Counted from the first letter of the stretch, positions 9,958 through 23,861 are shown. The stretch is DNA of 64,000 nt from Paraphysomonas bandaiensis (GCA_965644295.1 CBFFRP010000067.1:62001-126000); one strand, 5' to 3'. Translations and numbers: made by a program. The notes: generated from the sequence alone by a model not told the origin.

Positions 9958-10765
9958 TTACTTGGATTGAATGCACTCTTGCTCAGAGTACAATATTTTC
10001 TCTTGGAGCTTGATACCAACGGATGATAGACAACTAAAAATTTTCCAAATAATCAATATAGCAAGGCACCCAAACACCAAGTGTATTACGTTTAAGAGCA
10101 CACGCTCAATTATGTGCACTTTATCAATTATTGCATGCAAAAAGCCGAAAGTATTATCCAGCACGCCCAATATGATTTTATATATGCCAGCGAACAGTGA
10201 TGGTATGTAGTCGATGTAATACACTGATTGCAGGGCTATTACCAGTGCGATTAAATTACCCAGTGGTATTGAAACGAGAGTACTGAAAATTCCACTTACA
10301 AGCCTCAACAAACCCGGTATATGGGCTATAGTCGCGTACGTAGGTTCATACAAACTCCCAACCAGGTCAACTATACGCATCACTTGTGATCTAAAGAATT
10401 GTCCCCAAGATTCACGGTTGTCTCTATTTGTGTTTGCTCTGTTGTGTCGATAAATACACTTGGCTTTTGAACATCGCCCATCGTTCCTACATGTTGGAGG
10501 GTGGTTACAAGGGCAAGGGGTGAACGTTTTGTCATAGCCATTTGGGCATTTGTTACCATATCGACAAGGCTGGTGATCGGAATCGTGTTGGAATGTACAG
10601 TTCTTGTTGTAGGATTTTCTTGAGTATCGTATCGGCAGTCAGCATCTTATTTTTCGGAAATATATTGAATCAAATATCTTCTATATTACTGCAATACAAC
10701 TACGGCTGGAATACAGATAATTGTTATCTCAATATACGAGGCATCTTGGAACAAAAATATACAAT
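9958..10765 (-). pseudogene. Degraded gene: tandem CCCH-type zinc fingers followed by hydrophobic helices
   Basis: In frame upstream of ORF 9958-10383: NCTFQH..PCRYGNKCPNGYDKTFTPCPCNH..CRNDGRCSKAKCIYRH; stops/frameshift further upstream; paralogous fragment at 48849-48985. Confidence 0.5.
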
Positions 10766-11105
10766 ACGATGATACGATATCGTAGACATCTTGTGTTACG
10801 ATTTACTGTAGGCATTGCTTCAAAAACCCACTATTTCTTGTCCACAAAAACGAAAAAGGTAGGAAAATTGTGCTCTTACCGTTTTATCCTAGATATACTG
10901 TACTGTATTTCGTGAAAACCGACACTTTTGTCTTTATAAACACTGAAATTGTTGTACAGCAGATATCCATATGTACATATGTACTCTACAGCTGCATGAA
11001 CTTGTACCTATGAATTACGTAATACTGTACATACATACTCATACACAAGTATATATATATATACTTGAGAATGTGTTGACCATAACACTCACAGCATTAA
11101 CGATC

Positions 11106-12611
11106 ATGTTACTGCTTTCATTTTTATATCTACTACCCATTGTAGAGGGAGTCTCTGGGTTACGGTCTAGTTATAGAGTATGGTGTACTGGCAACTGTGA
11201 TCATGATGTAACCACAGCCTCCTCTCCTGGTGCAGTACTAATGGGGGGTGGAACCGATACTAGTGAAGCCTTCGCATGGCAGATTACGAATGCAAATAAA
11301 GGAGATTTTGTTGTATTACGTGCCAGTGGTGATGATGGGTATAATGACTATGTATACGATATGTCTATCGCCATGAAAATGCCACTCAATTCTATGCGCA
11401 CTGTGCTTTTCAAGAATGAGAAAGCGTCTCAGGAGCCAGAAGTGCTTGATATAATTCGGAATGCGGAAGCTATTTTCTTTGCCGGTAATGATACCCTGTG
11501 AATGCTTACTTGTGTCACCGATGTACAGGTGGAGATCAGAGCGAGTATATGTCGTACTGGGTTGGCACGGAGGTTCAAACAATCATTCAGGATAAACTTG
11601 TGAATGTGACTGTCGGTGGCACTTCTGCTGGTCTAGCAGTTTTAGGAAATTGGGTGTACACTGCGGAGGATGGGTCTGTGGTATCTGAAGAAGCTCTGGA
11701 GGTAGAGCAAACTCAATACATCAACTACTGTTGAACTTTTAAACCTATATTTCCTTCAGAATCCGTACGATAAATACATCGACATCTCGTCAGCTTTTCT
11801 CCATATCCCGTTTTTGGAGACTATTATTACTGATACTCACTTTGGTTAGTAAGATGCTGTTACAGATATGTGTAGTCTAGGAAACCTTCTAGCTAGATAC
11901 AATTCTCATTATTTCTTTGTTGCAGTTACTCGCGACCGCATGGGTCGTATGTTGACGTTTGTGGGACGGATATTAGCTGACAGTCCTGACTCCAGCACAC
12001 CTATTGCAAGAGGATTAGGTGGGTTCATTTTCCTTTAGAACTGGAATGTAGTATCATGTGTGGCTTATACATTGTCTACAAAGATAGTGGTTGGTTGATT
12101 TTTATTTTGAATTTCATGCGCCATAGTGTGTAGATTTGTGACTTTAGCTTCTTTATATAGGTGTAGATGAGCATACCGCCCTTCTCCTCGATGTTAATAG
12201 CGGTGACGCATCTGTTGTTGGTGTCGGTACGGCGTATGTTTGCAGTTCGGATCACGACCCATCTATTTGCTCTTCTGGGACTCCACTAACGTTTAAAGGT
12301 GGTGACTGATGTACTGTGTGTACTCTTGATTTACCGGCTTGCTGTATATTCGATACATTAGCCATAGCAGATACATTTGTGTACAGCACTGTTCATGTCG
12401 TCGTACATATATGCATAGCAGAGTGCCATGTTGACCCTTCTGTACCTACTAGTTTGACATTTTGTGCTCACCAGATATTTCCTGCATGAGACTGAGTGCT
12501 CCTGCGAATGATATCTTCAGTTTCAAAACATGGAGTGGGACCGGAGTGACTTACACAAACAACATTGTCAATGGACAATTCATTACTTTTCCTTACGGGC
12601 CAAAGGAATAA
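11106..12611 (+). CDS. Secreted cyanophycinase-like serine peptidase (family S51), 6 exons
   Basis: Signal peptide MLLLSFLYLLPIVEG; LMGGGTD, IFFAG|GDQS, GGTSAG nucleophile, ITDTHF|VTRDRMGR, G|VDEHTA; GT-AG introns e.g. 11485-11528 and 11702-11759. Confidence 0.88.
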
Positions 12612-13388
12612 CGCGACTTCTCTCTGCAATATGCGCTTTAGATGACACACAAGCATTATATGCATCTTGTAGCAAATATATTGCAGGTTTACTTAATATT
12701 TATGATTTTGGATTGTCATAATTAAATGTTTATGTTGGAAATTGCTCATTTTAAGCTAGATCACAGAGAGAAATTGTCGTAAGACTAGATAGATTTATTA
12801 ATAACGTTTACACGAAGTTGTGAAAACCAACACTAACTCGTTTTAATCCACGCATAATATCCTACATATGCGAACCTCTCGTTACTGCACATATCTTGAA
12901 AGATCAAACTATTTCAGTTTCTCAATATCATCACAGCATTTGTACATCACTATATTTCACTGTATTCTCGTACATTGTCTTCAAGAGACATACTGAATAT
13001 ACTAGATACTAGAATAAGATCCATATTCTAATAGTTTACGTACAACATAATTCTCGCACTATACAAATTTGCGTGTACGAATTTCTTAGTTTTGCTCAGC
13101 ATTAGCCAATATCATTATGCACGGGAGAAACTGTACAGTAAAACAACATCTATATAACATGTCAAACTGCTCGTGGTAGTGATATGTGACACTGTAGTGC
13201 ACAAGTCCATCCTTATTAGAATAACAATATATATCAGACCAGTTGGATTATAAACTATAACCTACTTCCAAGAATGGCGCATTCCAATTATCACATTGTT
13301 TTTAATCTCGAATGGTGGGCAAACGACGATCAAGTTATCTTCTTATTACAGCAAGGCAACTGATACATTCCACACTACTTCTATGCTT

Positions 13389-14402
13389 CTATGATTGTTT
13401 ATCTTTCGTCTTGACAGAGTTTTTGCTTCTATAACTCATGAAAACCTCCAAACTCATACCGCTGAACACACTTGCTACACCTATCCACTGCCAGATGCCA
13501 ATTGAGTGGTTAAACATTACCACAGACACTACTATAGTGACTAGCTTTCTGGTTATGCTAACCGTAACCCACAACAGCGACCCGAACTCCTTCATAACTG
13601 CAAATATAATGACTTGGCCAACAGAAGCGCAAATACAAAACATCAAGACGTCAAATCGCAGAGCCGGCGATGAAACAAATACTGTGAAAGCATTCCACAG
13701 CTCACTCTCATTGCCATAAAAGAGGTACCCGACACTGAGATATGCAAGAAGATAAAATATCTGCCAAAAATTTACATACTTCATCATCTGCAGCGATGTC
13801 GCTTGATATTTCTTGAATATTTCATCTTGCTCGTTGTTTGTATAACCATCAAGAAAGAGATTTACACAGACGAGTACTATACCAATGACTTGAGAATACA
13901 CATCCACTATTTTACCTCCGCTCTTTCTGAATGAAAATAGCGCAATGCCGCTGCAAAGCAAAAGAACGGAAACGTATTTGTACCATGGGTATTTTCTCTG
14001 ATAGAACAACAACCCAACAAGCATAACTGGAACAGGCTTCGATGACTTAGTCAAAACCACCAATGGAAAACTAATATATTCCAGTGCGATGTATCCAATG
14101 GGAGATGCCATTGCACATGTCAGTGCAGGCTTCATGAATGCAAATAATGGGACATTAGGGGTGGAGTAACAAAACATATCCCCTATGGAAGCAACGACAT
14201 ACGTCGCAAGTGCCATGAATACATTTAACGCAAAGGGGTATTGCCATTTCAAAATCAAGTTATCGTCGTTACCTATGTACTCTGTAGAAGTTATTTTCTC
14301 CTGTAAGTAGCCCCAATATACAAATGACACGTATAAACCGGAGACGTAAGTAACAAGTCTGATTTCCTTCGAACGAGTTAGATCACGCAGCCTCGTTAGC
14401 AT
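13389..14402 (-). CDS. Nucleotide-sugar/UAA-family transporter (SLC35B1/HUT1-like)
   Basis: WGYLQEKIT, ALEYISFP..LTKSSKPVPVML, DGYTN.EQD, ITRKLVTI; multi-TM; basic C-terminus. Confidence 0.92.
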   Translation of the reverse strand: MLTRLRDLTRSKEIRLVTYVSGLYVSFVYWGYLQEKITSTEYIGNDDNLILKWQYPFALNVFMALATYVVASIGDMFCYSTPNVPLFAFMKPALTCAMASPIGYIALEYISFPLVVLTKSSKPVPVMLVGLLFYQRKYPWYKYVSVLLLCSGIALFSFRKSGGKIVDVYSQVIGIVLVCVNLFLDGYTNNEQDEIFKKYQATSLQMMKYVNFWQIFYLLAYLSVGYLFYGNESELWNAFTVFVSSPALRFDVLMFCICASVGQVIIFAVMKEFGSLLWVTVSITRKLVTIVVSVVMFNHSIGIWQWIGVASVFSGMSLEVFMSYRSKNSVKTKDKQS

Positions 14403-14954
14403 AATAGAAGGAATCTCAACAAAAACTATAAGATAAAAATAACCCTACCACTTCAGACTACAATTACAGTCGATTTAATATAAATCTTTCTATACTTTAT
14501 AAGTTAACAATCTGCATATAACACACTGCTGTGCTTGCAATACATGCAAGTTATATCCATATAATGCACCTAATTTTAATGCGTTACAGCTGTTTTGGAG
14601 GAACCACCATGATGCATATATTTGACACTTGTCAATATTGGGAATGAAAATATGTGTTATTATTAAAGAAATATCCCGATATTTAAGATGATAATACTAA
14701 TAACTCGATTTTTATGTTATCATATATAAAAAAATTAGTAAGAATTCGATTATAGTATACCAGCACCAATGCACTTCCGTATTGTTGTACACACTAGCAT
14801 CTACGTGTATAAAGCACCGTATATAAGTGTACTATCAGTGCCCATCTCAGCAATGTATGACTTCACTCACTTCTATGTTGCAATGAAGTAGAGCTCAGCC
14901 TATATGTATGTATATGTATGTCTATGTATGTATATATAGTTAGTTAGTTAAATT

Positions 14955-17900
14955 ATGGGGAAGAATAAGACACCATCTTCATCTAAATCCAATCCACCCC
15001 CTCCAGCCGCTACATCAGATGGAGTGGACTTTAAGAAACAAAACAAAAAGGCTAAAGGACATAGACAGAGAGGTGCAGGGACAATAATTACAGCCCCTCC
15101 ACCTGTAACCACTAAAGATGGAATAACTCTTGCACCACACATGCGTTTACCTACTACTCTACTACAGGAATATTGCCAGAAAGAGAAGAAACCTAAACCT
15201 GTATATGATCTGTGTGGGGCGCCCAGTAAACAGGGAGAGACTCGAACATATCAATTCAAAGTTAGAGTTTTGGATGGAAAAAACTCTCGAAACGATTTAT
15301 TGTTTCGAAGCAATCAAAGCTGTGAATCAGAGAAGGTAGCGAAAGACTATTGTGCATTATTGGCTTTGTTTCATTTGCAACCTCTACTCCCGCTTGAGAG
15401 AAAACTCCCCGAACCGTTTCGAACCACTTGGTTAGATATGGTAGCGACTGCAGCGCAGCAGAAGCAATCCAAATCTGGAACCAAAGGCAACCAAGCTATT
15501 CGCAACAAGGGTGCTACTACAGCTGCTCCATCTAATGGTACACCTACATCTACAAATACTTCTACAGAAGAGTGCAGCACGAGCAAGGAAGAGGGTGAGA
15601 GTAATAACTCTGGATCTGGCACGAATGGTGTAGTTCCATTGGTTGGGCTCAAGAATGCTCAGCGCTTCACCTCGGAAAGTGAGAAACGACAAGCAGAGCA
15701 TAGAAGGAAAGCTAGACGAGCACCAGACGAATCCTACGCAGAGGTTGTAACGCGAATGTATAACCTGAACTTCTGCATGTATCGTACATGTATTAGATAT
15801 ACTGAGTCACTTACGTGTGCGCTTGTTCATACATAGGCTCTGTTAGCAGCAAATCGTCCTCAGTGTGTGGATATGACTCCTGACATGCGGCGCGAGCTGC
15901 TTCGTGTTCTCGGCCCCAACCACGACGAAGGTGCGGGAGAAGGAGAGGATGAAATTGTATTTCGTGCTCTGAAAGAAGCCGGGGAGGGGATGTTAAGTGT
16001 TTTGGGGTCACAGACATTGGACGATGGGGTCGATATGCTATTTGAAATGATTAAGAAAGTAGTTTCTCACCTTCTCGAAGTCGGATTTACACAAAAAGAT
16101 GCCGAGCGGTCCTGCCGTGCGTCTCTCACAGGTTCTCTCAATGAGGCCTTGGCGCTTTCAAAGAAAGGAAAGAAGGTGGACTTGCTACATCTGCTGAAGA
16201 CTGCTTCTCTAGAGCATCTCTGCGTGACTTTGGATGAAAGTGCCCTACCTGAGGTATACACTTAAATATGTGTGCGCCATGACAAACTTATGGGACTTCA
16301 ATGGTGGATAGGTTGTGGCCGCTGAGAGACATGACAGGCGTCGGAAGTTTGATGTCATTGTCCCATCTGCGAAAGAGCGTGACACGAAAACAGTTCAGCG
16401 TAATTATCCTAGTGCCACCGTAGTTGCACTGACGCGACCAATGGAGGAGAATGGTGTGACTGTAACAGATGTCGTCCGGTCAGCACCTCATACCATGTTT
16501 GTTTTTTATGTTAACTGTAAACCTGCCGTATTGTATGCAGAAGACTGACGGGGTTTGGCTGGTCTCATGATTGCTGTGTAAGAGCAGCACACTTGGCGCA
16601 TAGGTGGCTCATGCGGTCTAGTGGAGGCGAATCTGGTCTGGAGCCTGGCACGCTGTCGTCATCTGTATTTTTTGCTGCGCTTGAAACGTTGTGCCGAATT
16701 ACTTGTGATGTTTCATTTTGCTCCGTCACTACTCCTTTTGAGGATACTCCCACGAGAGGATTTGATGTTGATTCATATTGCGAAGTACGTGAGGAGGAGT
16801 TAGAGTCTCTGTCAGCAATATATGACACTGACCTTTCAGTGTCAACCTCAACTGTGATTAAAGGAGACAAGACGAATGAAAACGTTACGGTGATAGAGAT
16901 ATCTCTTTCCTGCGACTCTGTTGTTCCTGTACACCTGAAGAGTTGGCTAGTTGGTCCTGGTTCATCTTTGCGGTTAGAGGTATGTCCCTGTCGTTACCTT
17001 CGTGAGGTTTGCTGAAAATTTCATACGACTAGGTCCGCATTCATTCTTCTGTGCCGTACCCAGCCGTTCCCCCATTGGTGTGCTTGCGGGCACAAGGGTT
17101 GGAATCCGAATTTTCAGTCGGCTGTCTTGCACTTCTTCGACTACAGAAATTTCTTTCGCAGAAGGCGATGGAAAGTGTGGAGGCATCAGGAGGAGATGTC
17201 GGAGTTATATATGAGCTGGCGAGCGCAGTCGATGAATGGCTAGAAAGCGAGACCGCAGGATGTCAGGAAGATATAGGCCCCTTGTCAATGAAATTAATCG
17301 AGGATACTCTCAAAGAGATCGAGATGAAGACGCTTGGGGATGTGACAGTAGCGGATGAACATAGTACTGGTGAGGATAGTCTTGATGAGGACAAAGTTGA
17401 CACGGAAAGAGAAGCTACCGATGGTTTGGAGAAAAAGGTTACTTCTGATGGCGGAGAACGTAAAGGAAATGCTAAAACGGAAAATGAAAAGAAGACGCGC
17501 GACTTTTCATCTTACCACCCTTTCTTCACCAGGAGCAGTATTAGTTCTTCACGTCTTGCATCGACTGTGGCTTCGTCCAAGATGATGCTCTCCAGACAGA
17601 AATTGCCCGCATGGAGGAGCAAAGATGAGTTCCTCAGCCGTATTGCTAATACCACGGTGAGACCAGTTATACTCCTATGTAGCGTTAATATAATGTGATT
17701 CAGGCGATGGTTGTTACCGGAGAGACAGGGTGCGGAAAAACCACCCAGATTCCACAATTCATTCTGGACGAATATGCGTCTGCCAAGGTTGTGGTATGTC
17801 AGCCGAGACGACTTGCAGCAGTTGGTGTGGCCTCTAGAGTTGCGGCAGAGAGAGAGTGTGAGCTCGGAAAGGTGGTTGGCTATTCCGTTAGGGGGAGGTC

Positions 17901-20899
17901 GGAATACTCCCGTGACACTCAGTTACTATTTTGCACATATGGTATACTGCTGAAACGATTACAGATCGATCCTCTCTTGGGAGGTGTGGATTTTGTTGTC
18001 CTTGACGAGGTACATTGGATACTGTATTATCTTTGAGAAGTGAAAGATTTTGCGTAGGTACACGAGAGGGGAATGGAAAGTGATTTTGTGTTGTCCATAC
18101 TTCTTCGAGTTATGCGTCAGCGAGAATCTATTCAGTATAGGAATGCTGCGGGACCCTGTCCCCTCCGTGTTGTAGTCATGTCCGCGACTATTCAGACAGA
18201 GCGATTTGCGTCATACCTTGGGGCTGATGGTGTACCATGCCCTGTTCTGCATATTCCTGGTATTGTGTTATCTACTCATTTTTTCATGTAGACTTACATC
18301 ATCTAGGTTTCACTTATCCGGTGGAGGAGTTCTTTTTGGACGACTTCGAACGTGAAGTGTATACTGGTGGTCCGAAGAAGAGTGAGCAGTCACAAGAGGA
18401 AGACGATATCGATGACGAGGAAGAGAGCAGTAACGTGACAGAATCAATAACTACACACAGGCGAAGGAAGCGTGGTGACATAAACTATGACCTCATAGTT
18501 CGCCTTATTGTACGATTGTGCAAAGCACCCAAAGGAAGGAATGGTGACTCTTTACGGCATCCGGAGGGATCTATCCTGGTATTTCTTCCCGGCGTAGGAG
18601 AGATATCAAAGCTGATTTCTCAGCTCTGTGAAGCACCCGAGGGAGCGAATATGAGAATCTTGCCACTACATGGCAGCCTTTCAAACTCTGATCAACGAAA
18701 AGTGTTCGAGACTCCTCCCCGCGGAGTTATGAAAGTCGTTGTGGCCACAAACGTAGCGGAGGCATCTATAACGATAGAAGATACTACCGTCATAATTGAC
18801 TCCTGTAAGGTGAAGGAGATGACTACCAGTCATACGAGCAAGGTGTGAGTTCGGTTGTGACGATTATTGGAATAATAGTTCTGCAGATGTCTTCACTGGT
18901 TACAGTGATGGCCTCACGAGATAGCTTACGGCAAAGAAGTGGGCGAGCGGGACGTGTGAAAGCAGGGCGTTGCTTCAGACTCATATCAAGAGCAACATAC
19001 GACAAGGTATAGCTGCTTTCAGTGAATCATGTGGGCAGTTGATTGTGTATATATATTCAGGAGGTTCCAATGAGCAGTGTTCCAGAGATGCTGCGGGTGC
19101 CAGTGGAGAGACTCGTTCTTCATTTGAAGGTTATGACTCAGACCACCAACAGAAACAGAAAAATATTGGTTAATGCAAACACGCTGACCCTGGCTCAACT
19201 AATTTATTTTGTTTAGCCTACCTCGAGCTCGTATGACATATTGCTGAATTGCTTGGATCCACCAACTGAAAATGCTATTCGGTCTGCAGAAAATTCTCTT
19301 TCCTGCATAGGGGCGCTAGACGAATATGGCAATATTGCTCCTCTGGGCACGCACTTGTCATCTCTTCCATGCGACGCTCCTGTGGGAAAGATGCTGATAT
19401 ATGGAGCTCTACTTCAGTGCGTGGAGCCAGTAGCTGCCGTTGCGGCGTGTATAAGCTCTAGAGACCCATTCTTGGCATCACTTGACGAAGGGATTAAACT
19501 AAAGGTCTCAGCTGCCAAGAAAAAGTGAGTTTCAGTAATTGTATTGTCACCCTTCATTTTTGTGCGCAGATTCGTGGCAGCTATTTCCAGCGCCTCAAGT
19601 GGACGAGCAAAAAAAATATATAGTGACCATCTAATCGGTGCGGAAGCCATTAAACAGTTTCGATTGACGCGAAATTCTCCAGGAGACAGAGGTCTGATAC
19701 ACGTACACAATTCGAGAAAATGTTCATCATGTTTATTTTATCTGTAAAGCGAGAAAGTCTTTCTGTTATGAGCACGGTATGGTTTATGACCGACTGCTGG
19801 AGTTAGCAACTGTACAACGAGAGCTTATCACGGGATTGAAGGATATAGGTAAGAAAGTAATGATTAGGCTGTTTAATTTGATATCCGTGGCAGGGTTTGT
19901 TTCATCTTCTGTAGAGAAGTGTCTCTCGGATGACTGCCCGGAAAACTGCAACAGTTTTAATGTACGAACTGTTTTTGTTATACCATCACACATTTAAGTT
20001 TCTATGTTATATAGAGCCCTGTGGTTGTTGCTGCTATTTGCGCTGGTTTGTATCCTTCCGTGTGCAAGATAATAAGACCACCGAAACGATTTGCAGAGAC
20101 TATGGTGGGTGCATCTTCATGACACAGATATTGCTGTTTGCTGAATATACGTCGCTTTCAGGGCGGCTCTCTTGAGAAAGATGTTGATGCACATGAACTG
20201 AGGTAGTTTTTTTGCCGTATTGCAAAGTATGCTAAACTACAGTCAACAGATTTTTTGTACCCACTGCAGCGTCGTGGGGACTTGAGAATTCTATCCAACA
20301 GGGAATGGGAAGGAACGATGAAGAAATTGATTCCGGCCGCAGTTTTGTGAAAATCAAGGGGCCTGCCAGTCGAGATGCAGAGCGACAACTCACATCGGAC
20401 ATGATTCAAGCCCGGCTACATTCATCCAGTGCGCTGGACGGGATAAACTCTTTCGGCTCTAAGTAAGTCCGCACACTTCTTCATTCTTGTGGTGCTGACT
20501 TCCTTAGCTATCTTATTTATGGGGGTATATCCATGGGAGGAGCTTATCGTGGAGTCCGCTGTGTGCTCAGAGACGTCTCTGAAGTGTCGGGTTACGCGTT
20601 GCTGTTCTTTGGGGGATCGAAGGGCGGCACTGGAATTCAGGCACACTACACTGAGGGAACCGCATCTGTGGATAACTGGATACGGTGAGTAATCTGCCAC
20701 GGTAGCACGACTGATAATTGCTCTTGTTTACAGGTTTAGTCTGCCTGGTAGAGTTGTAGCTCTGATAAATTCTCTCCGCAAACGTATAGATCAGCTACTT
20801 GCTGAAAAAATTGTACAACCTGATATGGATATTCAAGGAAATGAAATATTAGAAGTGTTGGTGACATTGCTTTCTTGTGATGGCGTGCTTACTAGATAA
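14955..20899 (+). CDS. Multi-exon DEAH-box RNA helicase, DHX57/DHX29-like (dsRBD-like, RWD, helicase, HA2, OB)
   Basis: LPTTLLQEYCQK, REEELESLSAIY (RWD), GETGCGKTTQ, QPRRLAA, DE|VHER, MSAT, LVFLPG, ATNVAEASITI, QRSGRAGRV, LGTHLSSLP; many ~50-bp introns; exon boundaries approximate. Confidence 0.93.
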
Positions 20900-21491
20900 T
20901 AGATACACTTACCCCACGTAATTTGATTCTAATAGCTTTGCTTCTGGTATCACAGAAATGTAAAGTTTCATGTCCTATTGATAGTCACGATTACAACATT
21001 AGCTGCTGATTCTAGCAAAATAGGTGTCAAGTATAAATCCGTCGTATACGCACCTCTCAGAATTCAGAAAAATATTTTGTCCTCATAGAGATTAATCGCA
21101 TATATTTCAGTGTCATTGAAAAGCTTAAATCGTATATATCATAGTTACTACAATAGGTAGCGCTGTTTCTTTTTCTATATATGAATTGACTCTGAACTCT
21201 TCGACTTCTTTATAGTAAAACTAAATTCGTCAATGTATTTCATACTACTCAACATTTTGGACTTGTTATACAAAGAGCATAAGTCAATTTCACGTATAAC
21301 TTACCATCAGCAATTGTTCAGTTGCACTATATATAGTAGAACAATATATATGTATAGTGACACATATCGATTATTATTCTTTTCGATTATCAGAAAGGAA
21401 AAAAGAAAGAATGATGAGTAGAAGTATAAGCATACGTGCCTGTACGACAAAAACAATACGTACTTACAGCTACCATAAAGAAAGTTTCAAT

Positions 21492-23861
21492 CTACAAATT
21501 GAAGTTTGAGTCAGGAATAGTCGCATAACCTTGTTTATCCGTATACTTTTTCCAAATACAGAAACCCACTGTCGCGAGAGCAAATCCTAGAAGGAAACCT
21601 CCAGTTCCGAAAAGAGTCGCAGTATCACTATAGTCCCGGGCAGGTGGTCGAACAAAATCATCTCCTTCATTTCGGATAGGTTCTGATCCATCATCGTCAC
21701 CATCCGGGATACGGGAAGGTGCAACAGCAGGTGATGGCTCATCAGCTGAAAAATCCGGATGCAGAAAGTATTTAGTTTCCGCCCCGGCAGGATACTTTTT
21801 GTCGAAATCATCTTGTGTTTTCTGGGCGTCAAATACCATGGGTGGGATACCAACAGGCGACTTTCTCATAGGAGAAGCTTTTCCTGGAGCTCCCCAAAAT
21901 CCAACCTACTTATGGGATGAGAATCGATTATCAAACTTACAGAATGCGCTTACCATCTCGGACCACCAACGCTCGTACCCGATGAAATCTGGTGCGTTCA
22001 AGAAAGATTCAGAATTGGGACGAGTAACCCTATAAAACATTTACCGACACAACATGAGCTGACACAAAGCTTACTTATAGATATCTCGGTACTTCGCCGT
22101 CATGGCCCAGAAGAAGTCCCACCATTCTGCAACCATGTCACCACTGATATCCTCCTGGAAGTCTGAGAGTCGCCCAATGGCATCATCTAGATTGTCCTTA
22201 CTGATAGCTTTGACAGCACTGGCTTCTATTTTACTCTGTGCAGAAAATATCTTTTCTTCCATCTGTTTTTGGAAAGATTGCACGTCACCAATAGTCCATT
22301 TATACCATCTGCTGAGGTAATTGCCCACAACACAATGCGCCCAATAATTCTTCGATCTATCAAGTTTATGCTGGGTCGTGTTGGTAAGTGAAGACGGTGC
22401 TGTTGGAGCTGACGCATAGACTGGTACAAAAGTGCTATGATGAGGAGCATATGGGGCTATCCAAGTAACAGCCCCAACCTCATCTGGTAAGTTTGCACGC
22501 GACTGGGTAATAGCTGAATAAGCTGTGCGCCATATAGATATGGCACGATTAGGGAAGGCAAGGGTCTTGTACTCCGGCCAGTCTAACCCATCCTCATTCT
22601 GCGTAGATAAATATATCACAACAATTATATTAAAATACTATATACTAACCACTAGTTTGCTGTTGGGTGCAGAGCGGATGACGTCTCCAAAGGGTCCAGC
22701 CTCTGGCCCCTCTGTCATATCGAAAGGCGTACCGTCGTAATTGTCTCTGGTCATTGCCATGATATCCTGAAGGTGTAATGGCTTGTGTGGCTTGATACTG
22801 AACGGATATGGCTTATTGCCATCCTTTCCAAAACCGTATGATCCGTATGCATCGGTGAAAGGTGATAGTGGAAGGGAGGGATCCGCCATAGTGAAGACCC
22901 TCCACACCCGCCGAGTTATACCGTGACCCATAGCACCCTCATCAATACCGTACGCCTTCAAGTAATTAAATGGACCTTTACTGGGGTCCCAAAGGTTTGC
23001 GCGTATAGCAACCTCAAATACATTTTTGGAAGCAAGATAATTTTCAGTATCCTCAACATCAATCTCTGTGATGACAAACTGGTTAGCAAGAGCTGAGATA
23101 TGATCATCAGGTACTCGCTGGGCAACCCAAACGGCAGACTCGTGAGTATCATCGGCATTTATGTGAAATATCCAAACCTCACGGGGATCAGATACAGTTA
23201 AAGCCTCGGAACAATCTGCACGTTCAGTTGCTGGTCCCTCCACACAGTAGAAACCGTGGTCCTCCGCCAGCTGGCCCATGAGTTTAATCGCACAGCGGGC
23301 AGTTTCACACCTTTCAAGTGCAACCTCCATTAGAGAACGAACATTAAAGTTAGCCTTCCCTCCAAGCCAACTTGGAGTCGACCACATGCTTGTTGTACAT
23401 GTACTCTCACCAAAGGAGAGTTGCTTCTCGTTCTGGAGAGGATACGAACCCATCGTATAGGCGTAAGTATGCTTAACCTGATCAATAAAGAAGATTGGAT
23501 CCTGTGCTTGCCAGGGGTAAATAGAGGAGTCCTCTGTACCTACAAGATACTCTGGACCATGAATGTTGTACTCCTCTGTCTGTAGGAATCGTGGATAAGG
23601 AGTCCTCTCGCGGAATATGGGTCGCTTACTACCATTCGGCCAATCTCTTGCAGGTACATGAGTGATCCGTATATCACATTCTTGACAATCATTATTATGA
23701 GTGGATATAACAGATCCATCAGCCATTGCTTTGGGTCCTACAGCTATAGCTGTACACTGATCTCTTGGCATAAAGAATTTATTATTATATTCATCATATA
23801 TCTCTCTTCCAAACACTGTATTGGATCCCCATAGCAACAGTATGATAACATTCATCATCAT
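21492..23861 (-). CDS. Peptidase family C69 (dipeptidase/secernin-like), signal peptide plus C-terminal TM, spliced
   Basis: DQCTAIAVG catalytic Cys, NEKQLSFGEST, ALERCETARCAI, WVAQRVPDDH..ANQF, RAISIWRT; TM then GYATI tail. Confidence 0.9.
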
